64,000 nucleotides of DNA from Promethearchaeota archaeon (lineage in GTDB: Archaea > Asgardarchaeota > Thorarchaeia > Thorarchaeales > Thorarchaeaceae): contig JBHLOX010000001.1 in the NCBI GenBank assembly GCA_048940045.1, positions 33,598 through 97,597 of the forward strand, read 5' to 3'. Under the pieces are notes generated by a model that saw only the letters and a list, made by a program, of their open reading frames with translations, was not told the DNA's origin and made no database searches. This document shows positions 25,021-33,444 of this stretch, piece after piece. Each line of letters opens with the position of its first letter. Position 1 is the first letter of the stretch. The position numbers were made by a program, and so were the translations under genes.

Positions 25021-26219
25021 GTGAGATGAGTGTTCCAAAAGACAAGATTACTGTTGAAGGTCTGACGGGTGATGCAGCGATTGCACATGCACTCAAGCAA
25101 GCAGACCTTGATGTACTAGCAGCTTATCCAATCACTCCCCAGACAATCATAGTAGAGGACTATCAACGATTCGCTGCAAACGGCGAGGTAAAGGCACATG
25201 TTATCCCAGTAGAATCCGAGCACTCTGCAATGAGCGCATGTGTTGGAGCTTCAGCTGTGGGAGCTCGAGTTGCAACCGCTTCAGCTTCTGCTGGACTTGC
25301 CCTCATGTGGGAGATCCTCTACTGTGCAGCCTCGATGAGGATGCCGATAGTTTTCACTGTAGCAAACCGTGCTCTGTCTGCACCGATCAACATCCACAAC
25401 GACCATTCAGATGGAATGGGAATGCGAGATAGCGGGTTCATCCAGCTCTACTGTCAGAGCTCTCAGGAGGCATACGACACTACTATCATGGCCTTCAAGC
25501 TTGCAGAGCGACATGATGTCTTGCTACCAGTGATGGTTGGGATTGACGGGTTTATTCTGAGCCACAATGTTGAACGTGTCGAGATGCTCCCGGACGATGC
25601 GGTTCAGAAGTTCCTCGGAGTACGCGAACCGTTCATTGCACTTGACCCTGACAAGCCTATCACCATGGGTCCACTAGCACTCACTGACTACTACTTTGAG
25701 TTCAAGGAGCAGCAGGATGAGGCGATCATGGGTGTGCCAAAGGCTTACGAGGAGGTCGAGGCTGAGTTCGCTAAACTTACAGGTCGAAAGTACGGACTCT
25801 TCGAGTCTTACAAGACAGATGATGCAGATATCATCATCATCGCCATGAGTACCATGGGAGGCACAGCCAAGGTTGTTGCTGATGTCATGCGAGAGAAGGG
25901 CGAAAAGGTCGGTGTCATCAGGCTCAAGATGTTCAGGCCATTCCCAACCAAGGAGATTGCAAAGATCCTTGAAAAGGCGAAAGCAGTAGCTATCTTTGAG
26001 AAGGCGATGTCTTTCGGAGCTGCCACACACCCATTGGCTCTGGAGGTCAGAACTGCCCTCTACGACGCAAAGGAGAGACCGATGGTGGTTGACTTTGTAG
26101 TTGGACTGGGGGGTCGTGACGTCCCACCAACAACATTCGTTGAGGGAATCAAGAAGACAAAGGAGTACCTCAAGAAGGGTGAGGCTCCTATGTACGAAAC
26201 ATTGGGGGTGCGTAAATAA
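25017..26219 (+). CDS. porA: Pyruvate/2-oxoacid:ferredoxin oxidoreductase, alpha subunit
   Basis: GDAAIAHALKQADLDVLAAYPITPQT...ESEHSAMSACVGASAVGARV is the typical PorA N-terminus. The size is 400 aa. Confidence 0.9.
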   Translation: MSEMSVPKDKITVEGLTGDAAIAHALKQADLDVLAAYPITPQTIIVEDYQRFAANGEVKAHVIPVESEHSAMSACVGASAVGARVATASASAGLALMWEILYCAASMRMPIVFTVANRALSAPINIHNDHSDGMGMRDSGFIQLYCQSSQEAYDTTIMAFKLAERHDVLLPVMVGIDGFILSHNVERVEMLPDDAVQKFLGVREPFIALDPDKPITMGPLALTDYYFEFKEQQDEAIMGVPKAYEEVEAEFAKLTGRKYGLFESYKTDDADIIIIAMSTMGGTAKVVADVMREKGEKVGVIRLKMFRPFPTKEIAKILEKAKAVAIFEKAMSFGAATHPLALEVRTALYDAKERPMVVDFVVGLGGRDVPPTTFVEGIKKTKEYLKKGEAPMYETLGVRK

Positions 26220-27178
26220 TGAGCGACAAACCAGCAGTTTCAATCAAAGACATGCTCAAGCAGGATTTGATTCTGAGTTCGGGACACAGGATGTGTGCTG
26301 GGTGTGCAGCCCCGACAGTCATCAAGCTCATGGGGATGGCTCTTAGAGGACCCACCATAGTGTGCAACAGCACAGGCTGTCTTGAGGTTGCAACGACAAT
26401 CTACCCGTACACAGCTTGGAAGCTTCCTTGGATTCACGTTGCTTTCGAGAACTCTGCGGCGGTTGCGTCAGGCGCTCTCGAAGGTATCAACGCAATGCGA
26501 GAAAAAGGACACTACAAACATGACCATGTTGATGTGATTGCCATCGGAGGCGATGGCGGCACATTCGATATTGGATTTGGTGCGATCAGTGGAGCACTCG
26601 AGAGAGGGCATGACTTCGTGTACATGTGCTATGATAATGGTGCATATCAGAACACAGGTATACAGCGTTCTGGAGCTACATTCCCAGGTCAGGAAACAAC
26701 CACATCGTGGGGAGGTAGCGTTATTCCAGGGAAACTGGAGCGGAAAAAACCACTCGCGCAGATTGTTGCAGCTCACAAGATTCCCTATGTTGCCACAGTA
26801 GAACCTTCCAACTATCGTGACTTTATTACGAAGTTTCGGAAAGCCTTAGATGTTGAGGGACCAGGATTCATCCACGCATTCTCACCATGTCCAAGAGGGT
26901 GGCGTTCACCTACTGGGAACAGCATCTCAATCTCTAAGCTAGCTGTAGAAACTGGTCTCCATCCACTCTACGAAGTCATTGATGGTGAGGAGTGGATCAT
27001 GTCAGGAGCCAGCAAGAGGGTTGCTGATGCAGGTCTAAAACCGGTGGACGAGTACTTCAAGACACAGGGTCAGTTCAAGCACCTCTTCAAACCAGAGTGG
27101 GAAGACTTCAGAAAGAGAATCCAAGAACAGGTCAATCATGACTGGGAATTCCTGAAGAAACGTTGCGGTGTGGAATAA
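26219..27178 (+). CDS. porB: Pyruvate/2-oxoacid:ferredoxin oxidoreductase, beta subunit (TPP-binding)
   Basis: GHRMCAGCAAP and the TPP motif GGDGGTFDIGFGAISGALERGHDFVYMCYDNGAYQNTG. Confidence 0.9.
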   Translation: MSDKPAVSIKDMLKQDLILSSGHRMCAGCAAPTVIKLMGMALRGPTIVCNSTGCLEVATTIYPYTAWKLPWIHVAFENSAAVASGALEGINAMREKGHYKHDHVDVIAIGGDGGTFDIGFGAISGALERGHDFVYMCYDNGAYQNTGIQRSGATFPGQETTTSWGGSVIPGKLERKKPLAQIVAAHKIPYVATVEPSNYRDFITKFRKALDVEGPGFIHAFSPCPRGWRSPTGNSISISKLAVETGLHPLYEVIDGEEWIMSGASKRVADAGLKPVDEYFKTQGQFKHLFKPEWEDFRKRIQEQVNHDWEFLKKRCGVE

Positions 27179-27188
27179 TTCGGATTCT

Positions 27189-27221
27189 AGGAGCGCGAGT
27201 GCGCTCCTTTCTCTTCTTTTT
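27189..27221 (+). terminator. Stem-loop plus T-rich tract after porB
   Basis: aggagcgc-gagt-gcgctcct (27189-27208) is followed by ttctcttcttttt. Confidence 0.5.
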
Positions 27222-27263
27222 GTTGATGGATATATCTGAATAATAATTGGAGTTCAAACAAGA

Positions 27264-28697
27264 CTAGAATCCTAACAGTGTATGAAGACCAGCCATGACA
27301 AACTCATATAGTGTTTCTCCAAAGGCAATGAGGAGAAAGGTTGTCACCCAAGCAAAGATGCCGATTGCAGCACTTCTGTGCCTTGAACGTTCCTTCGAGA
27401 ACCTTTTTGCCACTCTCTTGAGTTCATCAACCCGATTATGGTAGTAGAGTGAGAGACCATTATTCGTGATGGACAGAACACCTTGGTCCTCGTCTATTAG
27501 ACCACTACGCTTTGCGATTTGGATATGTTTTGAAATCCCCTTCTCCTCAAGATTCCCAAAACCGAGTACAGCTTGCACATCGAAGTACCTATGACCGATG
27601 GTGATTCCATTGATGAATGTCTGATTGAGATTCTCTTTGGTATCAGGACCTCTTGCAAGTCTGGCAAGTAACCAAGCTGTCATGAGATCATCATATGTAT
27701 CAGCGGCGGCAAGATGTATTGTATCAACACTTAGGTCATCTCCAGCTTGTAGTATCTCTCGCAAAGCCTCGATACCCTCCCAGATAATGACCATGGCAAT
27801 GAGAATTGCTACTATCGAGTCAATCACATAGATCTGAAACTCAGCAAAGAAAAGTCCAATCATGACACCTATACCAATTCTGATGTGGGTCTGGTCCTCC
27901 TTTGCATCGCTTACTAACGCCAAATTTCCAGTCATTCGTCCTACTGTTGTTTTGTACCAAATAAGGCAGTAGTTCATTCCAATTGAGAAAGCTGCGAGGA
28001 GGTAACCGTAAAAAGTCACATTCATCTCTTCAGGTGAAAACAATCTCAAAAGCCCATTGTATCCAAGAAGAACCCCAGAGATTAACATGAAAATCATAAT
28101 AGCAATAGCGCCGTATCGGTCGCGCTCATATCTCAGACTGAGAAAAATGATTCCAACAACAGCCAAGTCAGTAAGATTCTCAAGACCGTCGGTAATCATG
28201 GCGCGACTGCCAATGTTGAGCCCAACCATTAGCTTCAAGATTACCAATATAATTAGGAATGAAGCGGATGTGAGGACTACCCATTTCTTCTGCAAAAAAA
28301 GTTTCATCCAATAACCCTCATGAAGCACTGTTGTTCTTGAGAGTCGAAGAATATCGATACCTCGCTGCGTGAGATTGAAGGTATTATCAGATTCGATGAT
28401 CAAATTCTCATTCAATGCATGTTGTAGAACCTCATCCACATCCACTGGAGATACGGTCATCCTGTTCATCCGAACTACAAAAATTGACTCCAAGTGGGAA
28501 TACAAAGCAGGTTTTGTGATGTGACCTTCATAGATAGAACAGAGTACTGCATAGAGTAAGGTTTCTCCTGGGTCCCCTCGCATGGTTTTACTTATTTCAC
28601 GGTTATGGGAATATTGACCCCTTCGTAAATCGTCCTCTGTGAAATCCCAGAGTTCATCAATACTTCTGGCTTGCGTCACGCGAAAAACCCCACACAT
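27264..28697 (-). CDS. Cation-diffusion-facilitator-like membrane protein with extra wHTH-like soluble segments
   Basis: The TM core carries CDF-like motifs: GSRAMITDGLENLTDL and ALVSDAKEDQTH (compare S-ALLADA-H-L-D). N-terminal and pre-C-terminal soluble segments look wHTH-like. Confidence 0.45.
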   Translation of the reverse strand: MCGVFRVTQARSIDELWDFTEDDLRRGQYSHNREISKTMRGDPGETLLYAVLCSIYEGHITKPALYSHLESIFVVRMNRMTVSPVDVDEVLQHALNENLIIESDNTFNLTQRGIDILRLSRTTVLHEGYWMKLFLQKKWVVLTSASFLIILVILKLMVGLNIGSRAMITDGLENLTDLAVVGIIFLSLRYERDRYGAIAIMIFMLISGVLLGYNGLLRLFSPEEMNVTFYGYLLAAFSIGMNYCLIWYKTTVGRMTGNLALVSDAKEDQTHIRIGIGVMIGLFFAEFQIYVIDSIVAILIAMVIIWEGIEALREILQAGDDLSVDTIHLAAADTYDDLMTAWLLARLARGPDTKENLNQTFINGITIGHRYFDVQAVLGFGNLEEKGISKHIQIAKRSGLIDEDQGVLSITNNGLSLYYHNRVDELKRVAKRFSKERSRHRSAAIGIFAWVTTFLLIAFGETLYEFVMAGLHTLLGF

Positions 28698-28807
28698 TAG
28701 AGTTAGTTTAGACTAACTTTCGAAACTATATAAAGTTGGCTCACTTTTTGTGTCTTAATCAGGAGGACTTATGCCGAACCGGGTTATCTCAAATACAAGG
28801 GATTAAG

Positions 28808-29608
28808 ATGATATTTGATATTGGTAGACCACTCATTATGGCTCACCGTGGGGAGTCTGGCAATATTCCAGAGAACACCATCCTTGCTCTTGAGGCTGCA
28901 GTAGACATAGGTGTCGATGTACTAGAATCTGACATACGTTTCACAAAAGACAATATACCAATCCTCTATCATGATGAGGACTTGGTTCGTATAACTGGTA
29001 AGGATGAAGAGGTCCGAAAGAAGAAATTGGACGAGTTGCTGCAGTATGATTTGGGCTATAACTTCTCAATAGATGCTGGACGGACCTATCCATTTCGAGG
29101 AAAAGGATTGACGGTCGTCACACTCGAAGAGGCAATCAAAAGATTCCCAGACACCATCCTCAACTTAGACATCAAAGACAGGTTTAAGGAGGCACCTAAT
29201 GAGGTGGCTCGGATTTTGCTAGAGAATGAAAGAACGGAGAAGATAATGATAGCCTCGTTTCATCCGAAACAACTGAAGAGGTTCAGAAAGAAGGCACCTA
29301 TGATACCCACGTCTGCTCACCCTAATGAGATTCGCAACTTTATCATAGGATACAGAGCGAGAGCAATGGGTATGTTTGTGCGTTCAATAGGGTATAGAGC
29401 GTTTCAAGTTCCCGAGCGGATGGGATCACTACAAATTGTCACACCCGAGTTTGTGAATGCAGCCCACGACAAAGACATAGCAGTCCATGTGTGGACTATC
29501 AACAATAGACCCGACATGGAGCGATTATTAGACATGGGAGTGAATGGGATTTTCACAGACTTCCCATCTGTTCTGCGAGATGTCTTAGAGGATAGAGGCT
29601 ACCTTTGA
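28808..29608 (+). CDS. Glycerophosphodiester phosphodiesterase (GDPD family)
   Basis: IMAHRGESGNIPENTILALEAAVDIGVDVLESDIRFTKDNIPILYHDEDL and C-terminal VHVWTINN...GVNGIFTDFP. The ORF is open from 28736; ATG 28808 is preferred. Confidence 0.85.
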   Translation: MIFDIGRPLIMAHRGESGNIPENTILALEAAVDIGVDVLESDIRFTKDNIPILYHDEDLVRITGKDEEVRKKKLDELLQYDLGYNFSIDAGRTYPFRGKGLTVVTLEEAIKRFPDTILNLDIKDRFKEAPNEVARILLENERTEKIMIASFHPKQLKRFRKKAPMIPTSAHPNEIRNFIIGYRARAMGMFVRSIGYRAFQVPERMGSLQIVTPEFVNAAHDKDIAVHVWTINNRPDMERLLDMGVNGIFTDFPSVLRDVLEDRGYL

Positions 29609-29654
29609 TGTGAGAAGAGCTATACTAGAAGGCAATCAACCGAAATAGCTTAAT

Positions 29655-29873
29655 ATGCGCCTAAAGTGTGGAGCTGTTAATAGTCCAGGGACCGCGGGAC
29701 CTGAGGCTAAAGCAAAGACCATATTGGATGAATGTGCAATGACCTGTCCAGAGTACAATGCGGCCGAAGGAAAATGTGGTGTTGACGGATTCAAGTTCTA
29801 CACAGGGATGCAAAAGCCCTGCGAAACCCCTGGTATATCCAAGGAAAAGTGTCCTCGGTTTGCCATGCAGTGA
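29655..29873 (+). CDS. Hypothetical small Cys-rich protein
   Basis: 72-aa ORF with 6 Cys (or 44 aa from the internal Met). A hairpin/T-tract follows at 29909-29945. Confidence 0.3.
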   Translation: MRLKCGAVNSPGTAGPEAKAKTILDECAMTCPEYNAAEGKCGVDGFKFYTGMQKPCETPGISKEKCPRFAMQ

Positions 29874-29908
29874 GCCCCTCAACAGAGTATTTCTTTTTGC
29901 CTAAAGCA

Positions 29909-29945
29909 ATTGGGCAGCATTAACTGCCCAATACAGTTCTTTTCA
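29909..29945 (+). terminator. Stem-loop plus T-rich tract
   Basis: attgggcag-cattaa-ctgcccaat (29909-29932) is followed by acagttcttttc. Confidence 0.4.
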
Positions 29946-30006
29946 TTCTGAGAGCAAGAGTTATCAGTTTGCAGAGTCGAGATCGGATTATTCTGTGGTG
30001 TCAAAC

Positions 30007-30273
30007 ATGGTAAAAGCCTATATCTTAATCAAGGCCAAGGTTGGACAGGAGGACTCAGTCCTCAAAGACATGCTATCAATCTCTGTGACCGAGGAGGCAC
30101 ACAAGGTTTTCGGACCCTACGATATCGTAGCAGAGGTCAGAGGTCGTGATATGGAAACGTTGGTCGAGATTATCACAGAGAAGGTTCGAAAAATCAAGGG
30201 CATTGAAGACACTCAATCAATTCTTGTTATTGACTCTGAGATTGATATGACCTCCACAAGTCTAGGTTCCTGA
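30007..30273 (+). CDS. Stand-alone Lrp/AsnC ligand-binding (RAM) domain protein
   Basis: MVKAYILIKAKVGQEDSVLKDML...VTEEAHKVFGPYDIVAEVRGRDMETLVEIITEKVRKIKGIEDTQSILVI matches the AsnC_trans_reg beta-alpha-beta-beta-alpha-beta pattern. No HTH is present. Confidence 0.7.
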   Translation: MVKAYILIKAKVGQEDSVLKDMLSISVTEEAHKVFGPYDIVAEVRGRDMETLVEIITEKVRKIKGIEDTQSILVIDSEIDMTSTSLGS

Positions 30274-30360
30274 TAGTGTTCTTTACATCCAAGAATTTCT
30301 TTTATGCAATGGTCGGTCAATGGGTAAAGAGGATTACATTTTCGGAGGCATCAGATTCCT

Positions 30361-31275
30361 ATGAAGACCCTTTCGAGAAAACCATTCATGCTCATGTTAA
30401 GAGATGATTCTGGAGAAGTAAGCACGGTCAAATTAGACCCTGCTCTGGTTAACAGTGACAATGCTCTCATCGTTTTGGATGAGTACAATGATACTTGTTG
30501 GGCATGGATAGGCCGTAATGTGAATATGCCTACACGAATGCACACAATCAGAATTGCAAGAGGTCTACAGAAATCAGGACACCAAGTAGGAATAACAACA
30601 ATTGGTTTGGCGGCCTCCAGATTCGTAGAGATGATGGAGAAGGATGACTCAGATCAAGATGTTGCAAACAATATTGCTGAGTTTAGGAGTGTTCTAGAAG
30701 GAAGATGGTCCTTTGATGATGGGGTGCTTGCATACAAGGGAAAACCCGAAGTCACTGAGCCAATTGCTGGGGCTCCAAAGAAGAAGATATTGCCTGAGCG
30801 CGAACCAGAGCCTGTGGTCAAGCTCACAAAACCGGAACCTGAAGCAGAACCTATTGCGGGAGCTCCAAAGAAGAAGATATTGCCTGAGCGCGAACCAGAG
30901 CCTGTGGTCAAGCTCACAAAACCGGAACCTGAAGCAGAACCCATTGCAGGAGCTCCAAAACCAAAACCACCGCCACCACCAGAGCTTGTTGCGGAAACAG
31001 TACCTGATGTACCACCACCAGCACCTTCAGCCTCCTTGGCTGAGAAGAAGATGGCATACCTCATGCTTTCAATCACACGTAATTCGGAGCTTGTCTATAC
31101 TGAGCGCTTCGAACGTGCTGGCAAGTCTGGTCTGAAGATTGAGTCACCTGGAGTTATGGTGATTGAAGCTGTTCTTGATGGAAACGACCTGACGATTACT
31201 CCTGGTGACTTTGGCGGTTCAGATATCGGCAAAAAAATCAAGTCGGAATATGAAGGGTTAGCTAGCAAGCTCTAA
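30361..31275 (+). CDS. Gelsolin-like domain protein with a Pro/Lys-rich tandem-repeat linker and an unknown C-terminal domain
   Basis: The N-terminal ~100 aa contain NALIVLDEYNDTCWAWIGRNVNMPTRMHTIRIARGLQ. This resembles the gelsolin-repeat core (hydrophobic-ILD...W-IG-x-x-S...A). A 30-aa repeat EPIAGAPKKKILPEREPEPVVKLTKPEPEA occurs 2.3 times, followed by PKPKPPPPPE. ggagg lies upstream of the ATG. Confidence 0.45.
   Translation: MKTLSRKPFMLMLRDDSGEVSTVKLDPALVNSDNALIVLDEYNDTCWAWIGRNVNMPTRMHTIRIARGLQKSGHQVGITTIGLAASRFVEMMEKDDSDQDVANNIAEFRSVLEGRWSFDDGVLAYKGKPEVTEPIAGAPKKKILPEREPEPVVKLTKPEPEAEPIAGAPKKKILPEREPEPVVKLTKPEPEAEPIAGAPKPKPPPPPELVAETVPDVPPPAPSASLAEKKMAYLMLSITRNSELVYTERFERAGKSGLKIESPGVMVIEAVLDGNDLTITPGDFGGSDIGKKIKSEYEGLASKL
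30757..30960 (+). repeat. In-frame 90-bp tandem repeat, 2 full copies plus a 24-nt partial third
   Basis: Units 30757-30846 and 30847-30936 are nearly identical at the nucleotide level. A third copy starts at 30937 and then diverges into a poly-Pro run. Confidence 0.9.
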
Positions 31276-31321
31276 AGCCCCATTGCATAAACCGGTGAGA
31301 AACAATCCTCCACCTGAGAGG

Positions 31322-32083
31322 CTATTCTTCTCCATCCAACTTGCGATACCAGTAGGTGTATGCATACTGAAAACCCAGTTTGGAATATAGCTTAAGAGCT
31401 GGGATGTTTTCAGATTCCACTTGAAGATAGGCAGACCTAGCTCCTCTTTGGTGACCCCAATGTGCTAGAGCTATGTTCACTGCAAGTGCAACACCTCTTC
31501 CTCTCATTGTAGGATGGACTGCAATGTTGAAGAGACCCAACCATTTATCCTTAACAACACCAAACCCGACTCCAGCCAGCTCCCGATCAATTTTCACTAG
31601 GGCAAAGGCTTTGGTTAAACTAGTTCGTTTCATCAGTTCTCTGCGGGTGTCCATTGTTGAGGCTTGATAGCCAGATGACTCGCTGTATACAGACATCCAA
31701 CCATCAGAGATGTCATTTGAGATCATTACATCATATGCTGGTTCTTTTTGCACAAGATGGTTAATTGCTGCAGTGTGAAGCTCAACCTGGAGCCCCACTG
31801 TGAAACCGCGGTCTGAAAGATCTCGGTCTAGTTCGACAGGCTTACTAGTTTCAGTCATCTGGAATCGAGGAATGAGATTTCGCTCTCTATAAAAAGTAAT
31901 AACTTTCTCAATTGCTTCATCAAGTGGTAGAGGTGGAGGACCGATTGGAAGAACACTATTTGCCCGACGCGTGACACCAGCGTTCGCACGCAGAAGCCAT
32001 CCACCAAAACGTACCTCTTCTTCTGCAACCCAGGCATTGGAGGCCACTTGTTCCAGTTCAATGATTTGTGATTGGTCTGTCAA
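31322..32083 (-). CDS. GNAT-family N-acetyltransferase
   Basis: Acetyl-CoA binding block VHPTMRGRGVALAVNIALAHWGHQRGARSAYLQVESENIPALKLYSKLGF. Confidence 0.8.
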   Translation of the reverse strand: MTDQSQIIELEQVASNAWVAEEEVRFGGWLLRANAGVTRRANSVLPIGPPPLPLDEAIEKVITFYRERNLIPRFQMTETSKPVELDRDLSDRGFTVGLQVELHTAAINHLVQKEPAYDVMISNDISDGWMSVYSESSGYQASTMDTRRELMKRTSLTKAFALVKIDRELAGVGFGVVKDKWLGLFNIAVHPTMRGRGVALAVNIALAHWGHQRGARSAYLQVESENIPALKLYSKLGFQYAYTYWYRKLDGEE

Positions 32084-32200
32084 GACACAATGCCCCCTGT
32101 ATGCTGCAAATCACTGCCTAGTATACACCATAACCCCCAAATAATTCAAACGATTGATATTGGCTGAATGCTTTTGGGATGGTAGGAGCTAGTAGAGAGT

Positions 32201-32908
32201 ATGAAAATCCCATCTGATGTTCACATTTTGGCTCAGAAGTTCGCCCCAATTCTCCACTTTCATCCCAAAGAAGGAGAATTCTGCTGTTATCCATCAGATG
32301 CAGAAGAGGTCTATGAGATATTTCAAGAAGACTGGAAACTCTTTGTTGAGGACAGACAGCCCAAGGAATTGCTACCCTCTACGCCATGCTACTACGAGTT
32401 CTGGCAAGATGAGAAACTTACTCAGCTTCGATATTGGTTCTGGTATCGCTTCAATGATTTCCCTAGGACAACTCTGAGTTTCGGTAAGCATGTTGGAGAC
32501 TGGGAGAATGTTGAAGTCAGGTTCTATGGCAAAACGAAGCTTGAGAATGTGATATGGATGCTTTCTAATCACTACGAAGCCAGACTCGCCTCCTTGTCAT
32601 GGACTCTACCAAACTTTGACCGGGAGGATCCAATTCTGAATGGTGAGCAGATACATGTCTGGGCCGCCTTGGGGACTCATGCAAACTATCCATCACCCCG
32701 AAGTAAACCTCGATGCTATTTCAAAATCTTTTGCGACAAGTTAGCTGATAGTGGGGCTATATGGAACACTCAAGAGAATCTTAAGCCAATGGAAGAAACC
32801 AATTTCTATTCCTTCGAAGGAAGATGGGGCGATAAGAAAGCACCTAGAAGTCCTGCTAACAAATATAACAACCGCTGGCGAAACGCGCCCAATCATACTC
32901 CAGTCTGA
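32201..32908 (+). CDS. Vps62/DUF946-like protein
   Basis: FAPILHFHPKE, YWFWYRFND...GKHVGDWENVEVRF and AALGTHANYPS follow the conserved blocks I recall for the Vps62 family (YAP-v-lH--E; yW-FY-yN...G-H-GDWEh-t-rf; GSHa-y). Confidence 0.5.
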   Translation: MKIPSDVHILAQKFAPILHFHPKEGEFCCYPSDAEEVYEIFQEDWKLFVEDRQPKELLPSTPCYYEFWQDEKLTQLRYWFWYRFNDFPRTTLSFGKHVGDWENVEVRFYGKTKLENVIWMLSNHYEARLASLSWTLPNFDREDPILNGEQIHVWAALGTHANYPSPRSKPRCYFKIFCDKLADSGAIWNTQENLKPMEETNFYSFEGRWGDKKAPRSPANKYNNRWRNAPNHTPV

Positions 32909-33444
32909 TTCTCAGGATTTCTCGAAGGCATCCATGGTGTGCGTCGAGGTAACCATCTGGGTACATTCTCGAAGTATTCTGCATATTCTTTTCCGAACCT
33001 CTTCAGAAGCCCTGGTTCTTCAGACTTGATGAAATAGATATGATTGCCGATGAAGGCTAGAAGGAACCAAAGAAACATCGCGTAGCTGGAGAGGATGACC
33101 GCCTCTCCTAAGAGACCAAGGAGGACTCCAGATATCATGGGGTTTCTCATGTATCTGTAGATGCCGACCACCACAAGATTTTGGGGGGGTGCCCAAGGAG
33201 CAAGTGTTCCCTTACCGATATGTGCGAACATTCGTATGCACGCTGCTGTAAGAAGAAGACCGGTAAGGAGAATTGTCAGACCTACTAAAAATATCAGCAG
33301 GTTCAGTGACCCTAAAGCGGGCCATCCAATAGTTTCGTCTGCCGTAATCCACATCAAGAACCAGGGAATGATGATCATAACACCGATTGGCAACATGATT
33401 GCACTGGCGTGCTGCCTTCTACTCATTGTTGAACACCCTTTCAT
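32893..33444 (-). CDS. Isoprenylcysteine carboxyl methyltransferase (ICMT/PEMT)-family membrane methyltransferase
   Basis: GIYRYMRNPMISGVLL and EEPGLLKRFGKEYAEYFENVPRWLP are classic ICMT-family blocks. Four to five TM helices are present. Confidence 0.8.
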   Translation of the reverse strand: MKGCSTMSRRQHASAIMLPIGVMIIIPWFLMWITADETIGWPALGSLNLLIFLVGLTILLTGLLLTAACIRMFAHIGKGTLAPWAPPQNLVVVGIYRYMRNPMISGVLLGLLGEAVILSSYAMFLWFLLAFIGNHIYFIKSEEPGLLKRFGKEYAEYFENVPRWLPRRTPWMPSRNPENQTGV

